Both the position numbers and the translations under genes were made by a program. Source: Candidatus Dadabacteria bacterium (GTDB lineage Bacteria > Desulfobacterota_D > UBA1144 > Nemesobacterales > CSP1-2). From it: a stretch of DNA of 64,000 nt. The stretch covers positions 1-64,000 of the forward strand of contig PSLL01000006.1 of the NCBI GenBank assembly GCA_040289575.1, read 5' to 3'. Positions 39,186 through 48,585 of the stretch are shown here, piece by piece. Position 1 is the stretch's first letter. Each line of letters begins with the position of its first letter. The notes under the pieces are model-generated. The model worked only from the letters and a program-made list of their open reading frames with translations. It ran no database searches and was not told the DNA's origin.

Positions 39186-39734
39186 ATGACCGAAAAGATT
39201 TTTTTATTAACGCTTGCATCTCTTTTTTGCTTCGCCTTTCTGAATGGCAAGGGTGCCAAATGCAGCGAACCAATATCCTTGTCGCTTACAAGTACGATAT
39301 TTAAGAATGGAGAAAAAATACCTAGAAAATACACTTGCGACGGCAAAGACATATCGCCCCCACTTTCCTGGAGCGGAGTCCCAAATGGAACGAAGAGTTA
39401 TGCAATCATATTGGAAGACCCGGATGCCCCGGGAGGAACGTTTACACACTGGGTTCTCTATGACCTGCCTGTAGCCATAACAGGCCTTCCCGAAGGAGCG
39501 GGGAAAAAAGGAGGCTCTAATAAAGGCTCAAAGCAAGGGGTAAACGACTTTGGGCGAATCGGATACAGTGGACCGTGTCTGCCCCGGGGGACACACAGGT
39601 ACATATTCAGGCTTTATGCCCTCGATGTTGCAGGCTTGAACTTAAAAGAAAGGGCTACGAAAGAAGAGGTTTTAAAGGCCGCTAAGGGTCATGTGATTTC
39701 CGAAGCAGAGCTCGTCGGAACATATAGTAGATAA
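39186..39734 (+). CDS. YbhB/YbcL-family PEBP (Raf kinase inhibitor-like) protein
   Basis: Signal peptide; SPPLSW, DPDAP, FTHW, GPC and HRY motifs. Confidence 0.92.
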   Translation: MTEKIFLLTLASLFCFAFLNGKGAKCSEPISLSLTSTIFKNGEKIPRKYTCDGKDISPPLSWSGVPNGTKSYAIILEDPDAPGGTFTHWVLYDLPVAITGLPEGAGKKGGSNKGSKQGVNDFGRIGYSGPCLPRGTHRYIFRLYALDVAGLNLKERATKEEVLKAAKGHVISEAELVGTYSR

Positions 39735-39736
39735 AG

Positions 39737-40048
39737 ATGGAAGATAAGCCAAGAGGAAGAAAAAGACCTACGCTTGCACTTATACTCTCAGCTATATTCC
39801 CCGGATTCGGACAAATCTATAATAATCAAATACCCAAGGGAATAATTCTTATATCACTAAATATGGTTATTAACCTTTTATTGGTCAAGCCCATTGAAAA
39901 GCTAACCGCCTCCGGAGGTTCAATACCGGATAACCCGACACTTTTGATCCTAGCCGCATACATGATAGTAGAATTGGTATTATGGGTCTACGCTATGATA
40001 GACGCTAAAAGAACCGCGGAGAAGATAAACAAATCAGAAGTTACTTAG
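39737..40048 (+). CDS. Small membrane protein
   Basis: LSAIFPGFGQIYN motif and hydrophobic segments. Confidence 0.75.
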   Translation: MEDKPRGRKRPTLALILSAIFPGFGQIYNNQIPKGIILISLNMVINLLLVKPIEKLTASGGSIPDNPTLLILAAYMIVELVLWVYAMIDAKRTAEKINKSEVT

Positions 40049-40055
40049 AGAAGCC

Positions 40056-40670
40056 TCAATTAATGATCTCATCAGGTCTGACAAACTCAAATCCCAAATC
40101 AGAAAGAGACTCGATTACACCGGGAAGAGCCTTAACTACCTCCATGCGCTCCGCATTTTCCCTTATCTCATCCCCATCGTGGAGTACGATAATAGAGCCG
40201 TCCTTTACAGACCTTTTCACTCTCCATATAATCCTTTCAGCCGTCGTGCTCCTTTTCCAATCATATGCCACCACATCAAAGGGAACGATTTTGAATCCGA
40301 GCCTTTTTAGCCTCTTTAGGAAAAACGGGCTTGCTAAACCATGGGGAGGTCTAAAAAACCTACTGTCTTTTCCCAGAATGTCAGTGATTATTTCCTGAGT
40401 CCTTAGAGTCTCGCCGAAGGCAAGCCCACTAAGGGTTAAAAAGAGGGAATGAGAGAAGGTATGATTCCCCACTATGTGGCCCCCTTCATCTATCCGCCTC
40501 ACAAGGTGTGGATACTTCCGGGCATTAGCACCGCAGACAAAAAAGGCAGACTTTACCTCATAGCGCCTTAGGATTTCTAAAACTCTGGGGGTTATTTCCG
40601 GATTCGGACCGTCGTCAAAACTGAGAGCAACCCTTTTAGGCTTCATAATAAAAGGATTTATATTCTTCAC
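40056..40670 (-). CDS. NodB-type polysaccharide deacetylase
   Basis: SFDDGP, GNHTFSH, FRPPHG, DW and VLHDG motifs. Confidence 0.92.
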   Translation of the reverse strand: MKNINPFIMKPKRVALSFDDGPNPEITPRVLEILRRYEVKSAFFVCGANARKYPHLVRRIDEGGHIVGNHTFSHSLFLTLSGLAFGETLRTQEIITDILGKDSRFFRPPHGLASPFFLKRLKRLGFKIVPFDVVAYDWKRSTTAERIIWRVKRSVKDGSIIVLHDGDEIRENAERMEVVKALPGVIESLSDLGFEFVRPDEIIN

Positions 40671-42198
40671 CGCTCGATGACCTCGGAAGTTTCTTGATTT
40701 TCAGCTTTTCAATTAGGTCCTTACCCTTTATAGATATAGTCTTTTCAAGCACCACCGCTCTTTCCTTAATCGGCTTTACCCTTGCCTCCACCATCGGATT
40801 CTTAAAAGGAAATACTATGACAAAAAGCGAGAGACAAAAGGCGAACCACAAGAGCCAGTATCTATCGGAGATGAACTTCTCTTCTCTAATCGGATGGAGC
40901 CTTGCGAACTTCTCAGGTTTTTTGAGAAATATCCTGGCCAAGCCATTAGGAAAATACTGAACCATAGCAATGAAAAGCCCTTTTCCATAGCGCCGCCCGG
41001 AGGTCTCAACACGAAATCCCATGTCAAGCCTAACCTTGCCAACGCTCCTGAGACGCTGAGATAGATCGGCATCTTCACTGAGTTTGAGTTTTGTGTTAAA
41101 CCCCCCTATCTTAAGGAAAGCCTCTTTTCTCACTGCTAGATTAGCCCCAGAAAGCGTCCATCCGCCTGAGAAGATACGGTCAAATATCCAAGGAATAAAA
41201 ATCAGATAGCGCACGGCAAACCGGGCTAAAAATGGACCATTGTAGAGGGAATGAAATCCTCCAAAAGCCACAAGCTCCGGATCGTTGTTGAATTCCCCTA
41301 AGATCTTTGAAAGCCAGTTGGGAGGCACTACAGTATCGGCATCCGTAGTGGCAATAATAGGAGCCTTAGCAGCCATAAATCCGGCCTGCCGACTATAACC
41401 TACACCCTCTTTAGGTTCAAACACCACCCTTGCCCCAAAACGCTCTGCTATTTGTCCAGTCTGATCCCGAGAGTTATTGTCAACAACGATCAGTTCAAAA
41501 TCTTTAAAATCTTGATTCATCAGACTAATGAGCGTTCTCTCTATGAATCTTTCTTCATTGAAAGCCGGAATGACAACGGATATCTGGGGATTCTCAGGAT
41601 TCTTATGAAATGCACACACGCCGTTTATCAGTACGGTCCCTAATTTGGAGGATTTGTTTATACCCCTCTTTTTTCTTTTGAGAAGGAGGCGAAATCTCTC
41701 AAGGGAAAAATATCCAACGAATCCTCCGAGCGTCCAAAACAGCGGATCCATGATTCCGTCGTGTATTATCTGGGACCGACTTACGTTGTGGTGAAGGTAA
41801 TGGTCAGCAAAATCTCCTATCTCTTTAATACATCCTATGGCGAGCGCAGCAGTCCATGTATCAAACGCATATCCGACTATGGTCCCAAGCAGAAAATGCA
41901 CGCCTTCATCATTCGAGTTTATCTTCTTTTCCGTAACTATCCTCTCCTCATCAGAGGAAAATCCAAGGGATTTATAGATCTCAAAATTATCAAATAGATT
42001 CGTCCTAAGTGTTAAAAAAACCAGAATTAGAATCAATGCGGAAATAAAAAGCTCATCCTTTAATATCCGACCCCTCATTGTGGCCAGCGTCTTAATTAAT
42101 TTCCGAAGAATATATCTTTTTCCTCCAAACACACCTTCTCTTGTCAGAAACACTACCGTAATAAGAACCGAGACAAATAATAGGCCTAAGATATCCAT
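40636..42198 (-). CDS. GT2 glycosyltransferase fused to an N-terminal membrane domain
   Basis: VVIPAFNEE, VVDNNS, TDAD, GANLA, ED and TSGRR motifs; about 190-aa hydrophobic N-terminal extension. Confidence 0.85.
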   Translation of the reverse strand: MDILGLLFVSVLITVVFLTREGVFGGKRYILRKLIKTLATMRGRILKDELFISALILILVFLTLRTNLFDNFEIYKSLGFSSDEERIVTEKKINSNDEGVHFLLGTIVGYAFDTWTAALAIGCIKEIGDFADHYLHHNVSRSQIIHDGIMDPLFWTLGGFVGYFSLERFRLLLKRKKRGINKSSKLGTVLINGVCAFHKNPENPQISVVIPAFNEERFIERTLISLMNQDFKDFELIVVDNNSRDQTGQIAERFGARVVFEPKEGVGYSRQAGFMAAKAPIIATTDADTVVPPNWLSKILGEFNNDPELVAFGGFHSLYNGPFLARFAVRYLIFIPWIFDRIFSGGWTLSGANLAVRKEAFLKIGGFNTKLKLSEDADLSQRLRSVGKVRLDMGFRVETSGRRYGKGLFIAMVQYFPNGLARIFLKKPEKFARLHPIREEKFISDRYWLLWFAFCLSLFVIVFPFKNPMVEARVKPIKERAVVLEKTISIKGKDLIEKLKIKKLPRSSSGEEYKSFYYEA

Positions 42199-42424
42199 GC
42201 GCTTATTATACAATTATATAGCCCTTAATCAAGAAAAATTTTAACCTAAATTTGCCACAAGGCCGGACTGTCTATTGCCAGGTGAAAAGAAGTCTAAGCG
42301 CCTTTGTAATTAGCCATTCTTGTGGGATAATAGAATCCATCTATAATAAGCAAGAATGGCTAAATCGGTGCGGCATAAAATTCATATCTCAGCTTTCTGA
42401 TTTGCAAAAGCCAAGGAGGAATTT

Positions 42425-43081
42425 ATGGAATTAACTACGGAATTCATAAGGATTTTTATACACCTCGATAAGTATCTGAGTACGGTCATAGAGAACTATG
42501 GAGTCTGGACTAATTTAATCCTTTTTATCATCATCTTTTGTGAAACCGGCCTTGTAGTGACCCCCTTTCTCCCCGGAGACTCCCTACTCTTTGCCGCGGG
42601 CACTTTCGCATCTGTCGGATCGCTTGAGTTCAGATGGCTGCTCATACTCCTTACCATAGCAGCCGTGTTGGGAGATACCGTAAATTATTCCATAGGACAC
42701 CTTGTGGGTCCAAGGATTTTCTATAAGGAAGAGGTTCGCTTCTTGAATAAAAAATATTTAGAGCGCGCACACGAGTTCTATGAAAAGCACGGTGGGAAGG
42801 CGGTTATTTTGGCAAGGTTCATCCCTATCATTCGCACATTTGTGCCATTTGTAGCGGGTATTGCGAATATGAGGTATTTGCGTTTTCTCAGTTACAACAT
42901 AATAGGGGGCATTATCTGGGTTTTCTTTCTTGTCTCTGCCGGTTACTTTTTCGGTAATATTCCGATTGTCAAACAGAATTTCACGCTAGTCATATACTTA
43001 ATTATTTTCATATCAATCCTGCCCGGCATAATTGAATTCTTGCGCAGCCGTCAGCATTCTGCACAACGGTTACGGTTATAG
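42425..43081 (+). CDS. dedA: DedA family membrane protein
   Basis: ETGLVVTPFLPGDSLLF and ARFIPIIRTF motifs. Confidence 0.93.
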   Translation: MELTTEFIRIFIHLDKYLSTVIENYGVWTNLILFIIIFCETGLVVTPFLPGDSLLFAAGTFASVGSLEFRWLLILLTIAAVLGDTVNYSIGHLVGPRIFYKEEVRFLNKKYLERAHEFYEKHGGKAVILARFIPIIRTFVPFVAGIANMRYLRFLSYNIIGGIIWVFFLVSAGYFFGNIPIVKQNFTLVIYLIIFISILPGIIEFLRSRQHSAQRLRL

Positions 43082-43144
43082 ATATTTGTAGTAGCATGGG
43101 TTGATGCGCCGTTATAAAACACATACAGCCTATTCGGAAGAGAT

Positions 43145-44974
43145 TCATTGGGAACTGTATTCAATCGCAAATTCAAACTCCGGGAAAAGCTTCGGGAGTT
43201 TCATAAGATTAAAAGTAAAAAGGCCTACAGCCAATCTATCAAACCAAGATGATAGGGGCCATCCAAAGTGGATTACAAACCTCTTTTCCGGAAGGTCGGC
43301 TCTGAGCGTATAGAGAATTGCGAGAATAGAATGATAAACCCCCTGAGCTTTAAATATAGGGAACCTGAAATAGTTTTCATCCAACTTGGGCGGTATCCCC
43401 TGCCTCGGAGAGAAAAAGGTTATGAAAAAAGCATCCTTTCTCAGCTCGTCTTTCTTCTCGCCAGGCCTTTTAAAGTATATGTGGATTGTGTTTTCATTGC
43501 ACTCAGCAATCCTCGCAATAAGTTCCATAGGGAAATCCGTCCTTTCTATCTCTTTAATCTCAGGTGCCCTCTTCCTCGCAACTTGCGTCCCGGCTATGAG
43601 GAAGAAAACCACCGAAATCGCCCATAGACCAGTTCCATATGGTTTATGAAAGGCAAGATAAATAAAGCACGCAAGGAAAACTAAAAAGATAAAGAGCGTC
43701 CCAATACGAGATGTAGAATATTCTCTTATCTCCTGAGTCCCTTTAAAGAAGCGATATATTAAAAGGCTTCCCATGTTTATACAGAAGCTGGCAAGAAGCC
43801 CTATTGCATACATCTCAGCAAGGATTGCCTGAGCGCCACCTGTGACAATAAGGATTATCGAGTAGAAGATCGCGCTAAGCAGATGAATCCTATAGAGCGA
43901 CCCCTGAGAATTTGTCTTTATGAGCTAAATAAACCCGTAGCGATGAGCCACACGTTCAAGCAGCTCGCTCGATGCGACGAATGCAGTATTTACAGCCATC
44001 ATAAGGGTTATACTCGCCAAAAAGCCAACTGCCAAGCTAAAGGCTGGACTACCTACAACTCCTGCATAATGCGTAATGAGGTCTTCTTCATGAGCATGAA
44101 AATCAATCGGAGATGAAAGAACGAGTGTCGAAACAAGAGGAGTAATAACCCCAACGGTGAGTGCAAGAAATATATAAGCCTTCCCAATATCGCGCCAACT
44201 CTTTACAAGTCCAGCTGTCTGTATAACAGATTCAACCCCTGAATAAGCCAAAACGGAGCTCCCTACTCCTACGGTAACAGCGTATATCGCATGAAAGATA
44301 TTATGCTCGGTAAGGTCTCTATATACATCATTAAAACTCCCTTTTATTACCCCTATGCTTTCTGACGTAAGATTAAAAAAACCAAGAGTAATAAGGTTGA
44401 GCACGATAAAGATGGCTCCTACGAATATAGAGAAAGTGAATCTCGCATTCTCCTTTATTCCGATGATATTGAGTCCAGCAATAAACCAGATTATAGCAAA
44501 CGGAAGAACAGCCCTCACAAATGGAGAGAGCGATAAGAATGTTGTTCCGTTTGCTGCGGCGCTCACAGATGAGATACAGGCCGTAAGTATGTAGTCAACC
44601 ATAATAGAGGCAACGGCAATAAATGAGACTGTAGGACCTAGCACAAGGTATGAGAACGAGTAAACGCCTCCGCCTTTTATCCCATTTTTCTCGAGAATTT
44701 CTGCAATCTCAGTCATTCGAGTCGTCAAGTACCGAATGAGAACAGCAGTAAAAATAAGAAAAAATATCGCCTTATTTCCTATGAATCTATGCGCTTCACT
44801 CGGGGCATAGAATATGGATGTAAATTCATCCATAAATGTGATGATACCAACGGAGAGCCAGGTAAGCCACCATCTGCCCCCTCTGAGGTACGAAAGGAGA
44901 TTACGCACCCGAAGGAGTCTGATAAATAGAATCAGTAGAAGGAGATTAAGCCCTAAGAGGACAAGTTCTTTCAT
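43145..44974 (-). pseudogene. APC-superfamily KimA(YdaO)-like putative K+ transporter interrupted by one in-frame TAG (43925-43927)
   Basis: SIFY, GGGVY and YSGVES motifs. The frame continues RYGFI*LIKTNSQGSLYRIH...AEMYAIG into ORF 43145-43813. Confidence 0.8.
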
Positions 44975-45052
44975 AAGGGGTTCTATCTGTAAAGCAGAGG
45001 AGTCTTATGATCCTGATGTCGGAAATCAAAGAATCAAAAAAGCTATATTTCA

Positions 45053-45180
45053 TCTTCTCTCCCGACGCCTGCGGGGTTAGCTGACGGGCTCGGGTCTGGA
45101 GAATAACCCTACATTTATCATGATTCGCCCCAAAATCCTGGGTTCCCCGCTTTCCCACTTTCCGGGAAATTCGGCGAAGA
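45053..45180 (-). ncRNA. c-di-AMP riboswitch (ydaO/yuaA)
   Basis: Minus strand TCTTCGCCGAA...GCGGGGAACCC...TTGGGGCGAATC...GTAGGG...CCCGAGCCCGTCAGCTAACCCCGCAGGCG...GAAGA matches the family consensus. Lies upstream of the KimA-like gene. Confidence 0.92.
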
Positions 45181-45319
45181 CTTAGGGCATCTAGTTTAAT
45201 TCATTTAATCCCTTCGGTCAATCTCTTTATTAGAATCCGGCGGAATTGGCGTCATATTAAGAGGATTCATATTAAAAATTTGGGTACATTGCAATGTCAA
45301 TAAGAGCCTTCTTAGAAAG

Positions 45320-45463
45320 TCACATAAGTAATTGCCTTAAAAAATCTACTACTTTCCTTGCAATGGACTCATTTCTCACCACAACCACTATTATCTTGAG
45401 CGCAAGAACTAGGAGTAGGCACATAACTATTAAGCTCAAAACATCTATAAGCTCATCCCTCAT
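45320..45463 (-). CDS. Small 47-aa single-TM protein (unannotated)
   Basis: MRDELIDVLSLIVMCLLLVLALKIIVVVVRNESIARKVVDFLRQLLM; G-rich RBS. Confidence 0.4.
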   Translation of the reverse strand: MRDELIDVLSLIVMCLLLVLALKIIVVVVRNESIARKVVDFLRQLLM

Positions 45464-45859
45464 TATACACCCCCCCTAGGGCACAAACGTCAGTGCAGTC
45501 CTCTATTGCTTAGATGGTAAAAAGGGTTCAATTACTTGGGGTTCTATCTATATCTTCCCGTTTTCTTCTCCGCCTCGTATAGAGATCGCCCAAATTTTCA
45601 TACCCTTTTTACAATAACCCGGTCGCCAACTTGCATCCTTTTGATCCTATTACCTATCGCTTCAACCTTGAAGACCCAAGACAATGAAGAAAGCTATTAT
45701 TCTTTTCATTATTTTCTTACCTCTTTTCCCGGAGAATCAAATAGATTTGGGAATTCCCCGATGTCATTTTGAAGGAGGAAGAGACTATTCAGGGAACCCC
45801 TCATGGAGCGAAATAAATACTCGTCTAAAGCCGTATCACATATCCAACCGACCCGGAAT

Positions 45860-46465
45860 CTAGTAAAGTCCCATTTGATATTTCTTGTTTCCATCCGGTA
45901 CGTAATGGCCTAGGGCTAAAAATAAACCGAGCAAAAGCGGCTCTATTTGATCCCTGAAGTCTATAATGTCCTGAATATAGCTCCTCGGGCTATTTTGCCA
46001 CGCAAAGAATCTGCTGAACACGGCCTTGAGTTTTATCTTTGATTCGCGTGAATTAAAATCCCAGTTGAAATACCCTCCGAGCGGAAAGAAGATTTTCATG
46101 AAAAAGAGTTGCTTTATTACATGTTGTTTCCCTACATGATCCAAATCAAACCATCCTGTTCTAACCCAGCTATACCCATTGCCAAATGCCTCAGCCAATC
46201 CGCCTACAAGCCCAAGCCTCTCCGCAGCGGCTGACACAAGGGCGGAGAACACATAACCGGCTTCTGGTGTGAAGTATCCATAGGTCTGAAATTTATTCTC
46301 CATACGAATGAGATTCTCAACCAGAGGCGAGCCTTTAATCTCAGTAAGCCTGTTATTTATGGGATTTTCAGAATCAAATTCCCCTATATCACCACACACC
46401 TCAAGTGAAGACCTGATATTTCCCCATTCCCTTTTTGCTATTTGAAATGGTCTTATTATTTCCAT
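45860..46465 (-). CDS. Hypothetical protein
   Basis: 201-aa ORF with GAGG RBS. No recognised motif. Confidence 0.7.
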   Translation of the reverse strand: MEIIRPFQIAKREWGNIRSSLEVCGDIGEFDSENPINNRLTEIKGSPLVENLIRMENKFQTYGYFTPEAGYVFSALVSAAAERLGLVGGLAEAFGNGYSWVRTGWFDLDHVGKQHVIKQLFFMKIFFPLGGYFNWDFNSRESKIKLKAVFSRFFAWQNSPRSYIQDIIDFRDQIEPLLLGLFLALGHYVPDGNKKYQMGLY

Positions 46466-46607
46466 AATCTTTACCTCTTTAATTAATTCCAGCCAATCTC
46501 CCTAAGTCGGCTCCAATCAATTAACTCAACAGCTAATCGGCAATAAAAAGGGTATTTTTAAAACGACAAATTACGGATAATTAGAAATCGTGTAAGCTGA
46601 AATAAGT

Positions 46608-47018
46608 TTAAGAATATAAAGGAGGAGACCTTAAAGAAGATGATACAAAAAATTCAATGTGGGGAGAATGCCTTACTCCATCAAAGATGGTCAACAGGTA
46701 TGAATTAAGGGAACAAACCAAAGACCTAAAATTTCGCGATGAGAGTTGCTTAAAAGATTTTTTGGGATCCTTTACCGTGGAATTATCTTCAAAAATAACG
46801 TATTTCTTTTGAATCAAACCATATAAAGGGTGCACACGATGAATGGATGCACTCGAAGTAAAAAGCCAGTGGCTCTCTTGTCCTTTATAGTGGAAAACTA
46901 GCCCTAAAGTTCCCACTAAAGCAAACACAATTAAAATGCATAAATATCCCCCGGCGTTATCCAACCAGATAAGAGTGTTATATTTGGAAATTATATGCTT
47001 AAGGTCTTTAGCCTCCAC
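46608..47018 (-). CDS. Hypothetical TM protein ending in RSPP
   Basis: GAGG RBS, one TM, C-terminal LRSPPLYS. Confidence 0.5.
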   Translation of the reverse strand: MEAKDLKHIISKYNTLIWLDNAGGYLCILIVFALVGTLGLVFHYKGQESHWLFTSSASIHRVHPLYGLIQKKYVIFEDNSTVKDPKKSFKQLSSRNFRSLVCSLNSYLLTIFDGVRHSPHIEFFVSSSLRSPPLYS

Positions 47019-47150
47019 ACCTCAACTCCGCGCAAGCTTTAATAAATTATAAATCACAAACTAAGCACATATATTAATTTATGTTAAAACAATAAAGTAT
47101 TTTACTTAAATGTCAAGGGATAATTTTTATCTCAGGATAGTTTTATTAGT

Positions 47151-48469
47151 TTAGTTCTCAGGCGGGACAGTTAATTCAGCCGCCCTCTGAATCCCCTCCG
47201 CCACCTCTGGAATAATGCCCATCTTTACATAAATCGGGCGCACTACCTTCCTCAGTGCCGGAAGCTTCTTTGTAAACAGAATCGAGCCCAAGATACAAAA
47301 GACCCCACCAATAATTAGGGTATTAGGGGCGCCTATTTTACTCGCCAGTCCCCCCGCCAATAGGCTGCCAAAGGGTGCCATGCCAATAAGCGCCATCGTA
47401 TAGAAGCTCATTAGGCGTCCGCGCTTATCCTCATCTACAATAGTCTGCAAAATAGTGTTGCTCGATGCCATCTGTACCATCATCCCGAAACCGACTATCA
47501 ACACAAGCAGCATAGAAAGCCAAAAGACATGGGACAATGAAAATCCGATAAGTCCAATCCCAAATACGGCTGAAGTGAGTGCGATTATCTTTCCCAATCC
47601 GCGAACGGTTTCCCGCGATGCGAGGTAAATTGAGCCCGACAATGCCCCCACGCCCGATGCAGCCATTAAAAAGCCCAGTGTGTGAGGCCCTCCATGAAGA
47701 ACGTCTGATGCAAAAATAGGCATCAGTACCATGTAAGGCATTCCCATTAGACTGACTAAAGCTAGCAAAAGCAAGATAGCCCTTGTAGGCGCAAAACCGA
47801 GGGCATAACTAAATCCCTCTTTTAATCCCTCTATTATATCTGTACCCTGTGGCTCTATCCCTCTGGGTGTAACTCTCATAGCCAATAGGGATGCAATAAC
47901 TGCAATGTAACTTATACCGTCAATAAGAAAGCATATCCCCTCACCGGCAGCGGCTATTAGTATTCCAGCTATGGAAGGCCCAAGCAGTCTACCATAGACG
48001 AATTTAGGGCAATGGCATTTCCTAAATCCTCTTTATTCTCTACCATCTCTATTACAAACGACTGACGCCCAGGCATATCAAAGGCATTAACCAATCCCTG
48101 TAATATGCTTAATGCAATGATATGCCAAACGGTGATAATGCCACTCATAGTGAGAACCGCTAAAGCAAATGACTGTACCATTGAGAGCACCTGTGTAATA
48201 ACCAAGATTCTATGCCGATTCCACCTATCAACTAAAACACCCGCAATGGGGGTCAAAAGAAACGTGGGGATTTGCCCGGCGAATCCAACCATGCCCAGTA
48301 GGAAAGCCGAGCCGGTCAGCCGATAAACCAGCCAGCTCGTTGCGGTTCGAGTTATCCATGTGCCAATTAGTGAAACAGTTTGGCCGCCGAAGAAGAGACG
48401 ATAATTCCTAGAACGGAGTGCGCGAAAGATCAGATTTAGTCTCGTTAAATTGGGTTTATCGGATTTCAT
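47151..48469 (-). pseudogene. MFS transporter (DUF894/MFS_3-like), frameshifted near 47990
   Basis: RNYRLFF..SLIGTW, DRWNR and NAIALNSSMV, then the other frame reads RLLGPSIAG...; about 10 nt appear missing. Confidence 0.85.
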
Positions 48470-48529
48470 CCTTAATTATAGCGTATGACATTTATGTAAA
48501 TGGAAATTACGCAGACCGACAAAAACAAC

Positions 48530-48555
48530 GGGGACGACTTGCCGGTCGCCCCTAC
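48530..48555. repeat. REP-like GTAG-family palindrome (degenerate)
   Basis: ggggacgacttgcCGGTCGCCCCTAC; 13 nt identical to 56824-56836. Confidence 0.6.
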
Positions 48556-48585
48556 AATCAATTGAAGGAACAATTTCGGATAAAA

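Noticed and set aside
45520..45709. Minus-strand lipoprotein-like start MKRIIAFFIVLGLQG*
   Set aside because: A stop falls at the expected Cys and no coherent downstream frame follows. At most an unidentifiable remnant.
47091..47116. Third TetR operator copy
   Set aside because: Only one TAAGTAA half-site lies next to a TTGACA; the second arm does not match.
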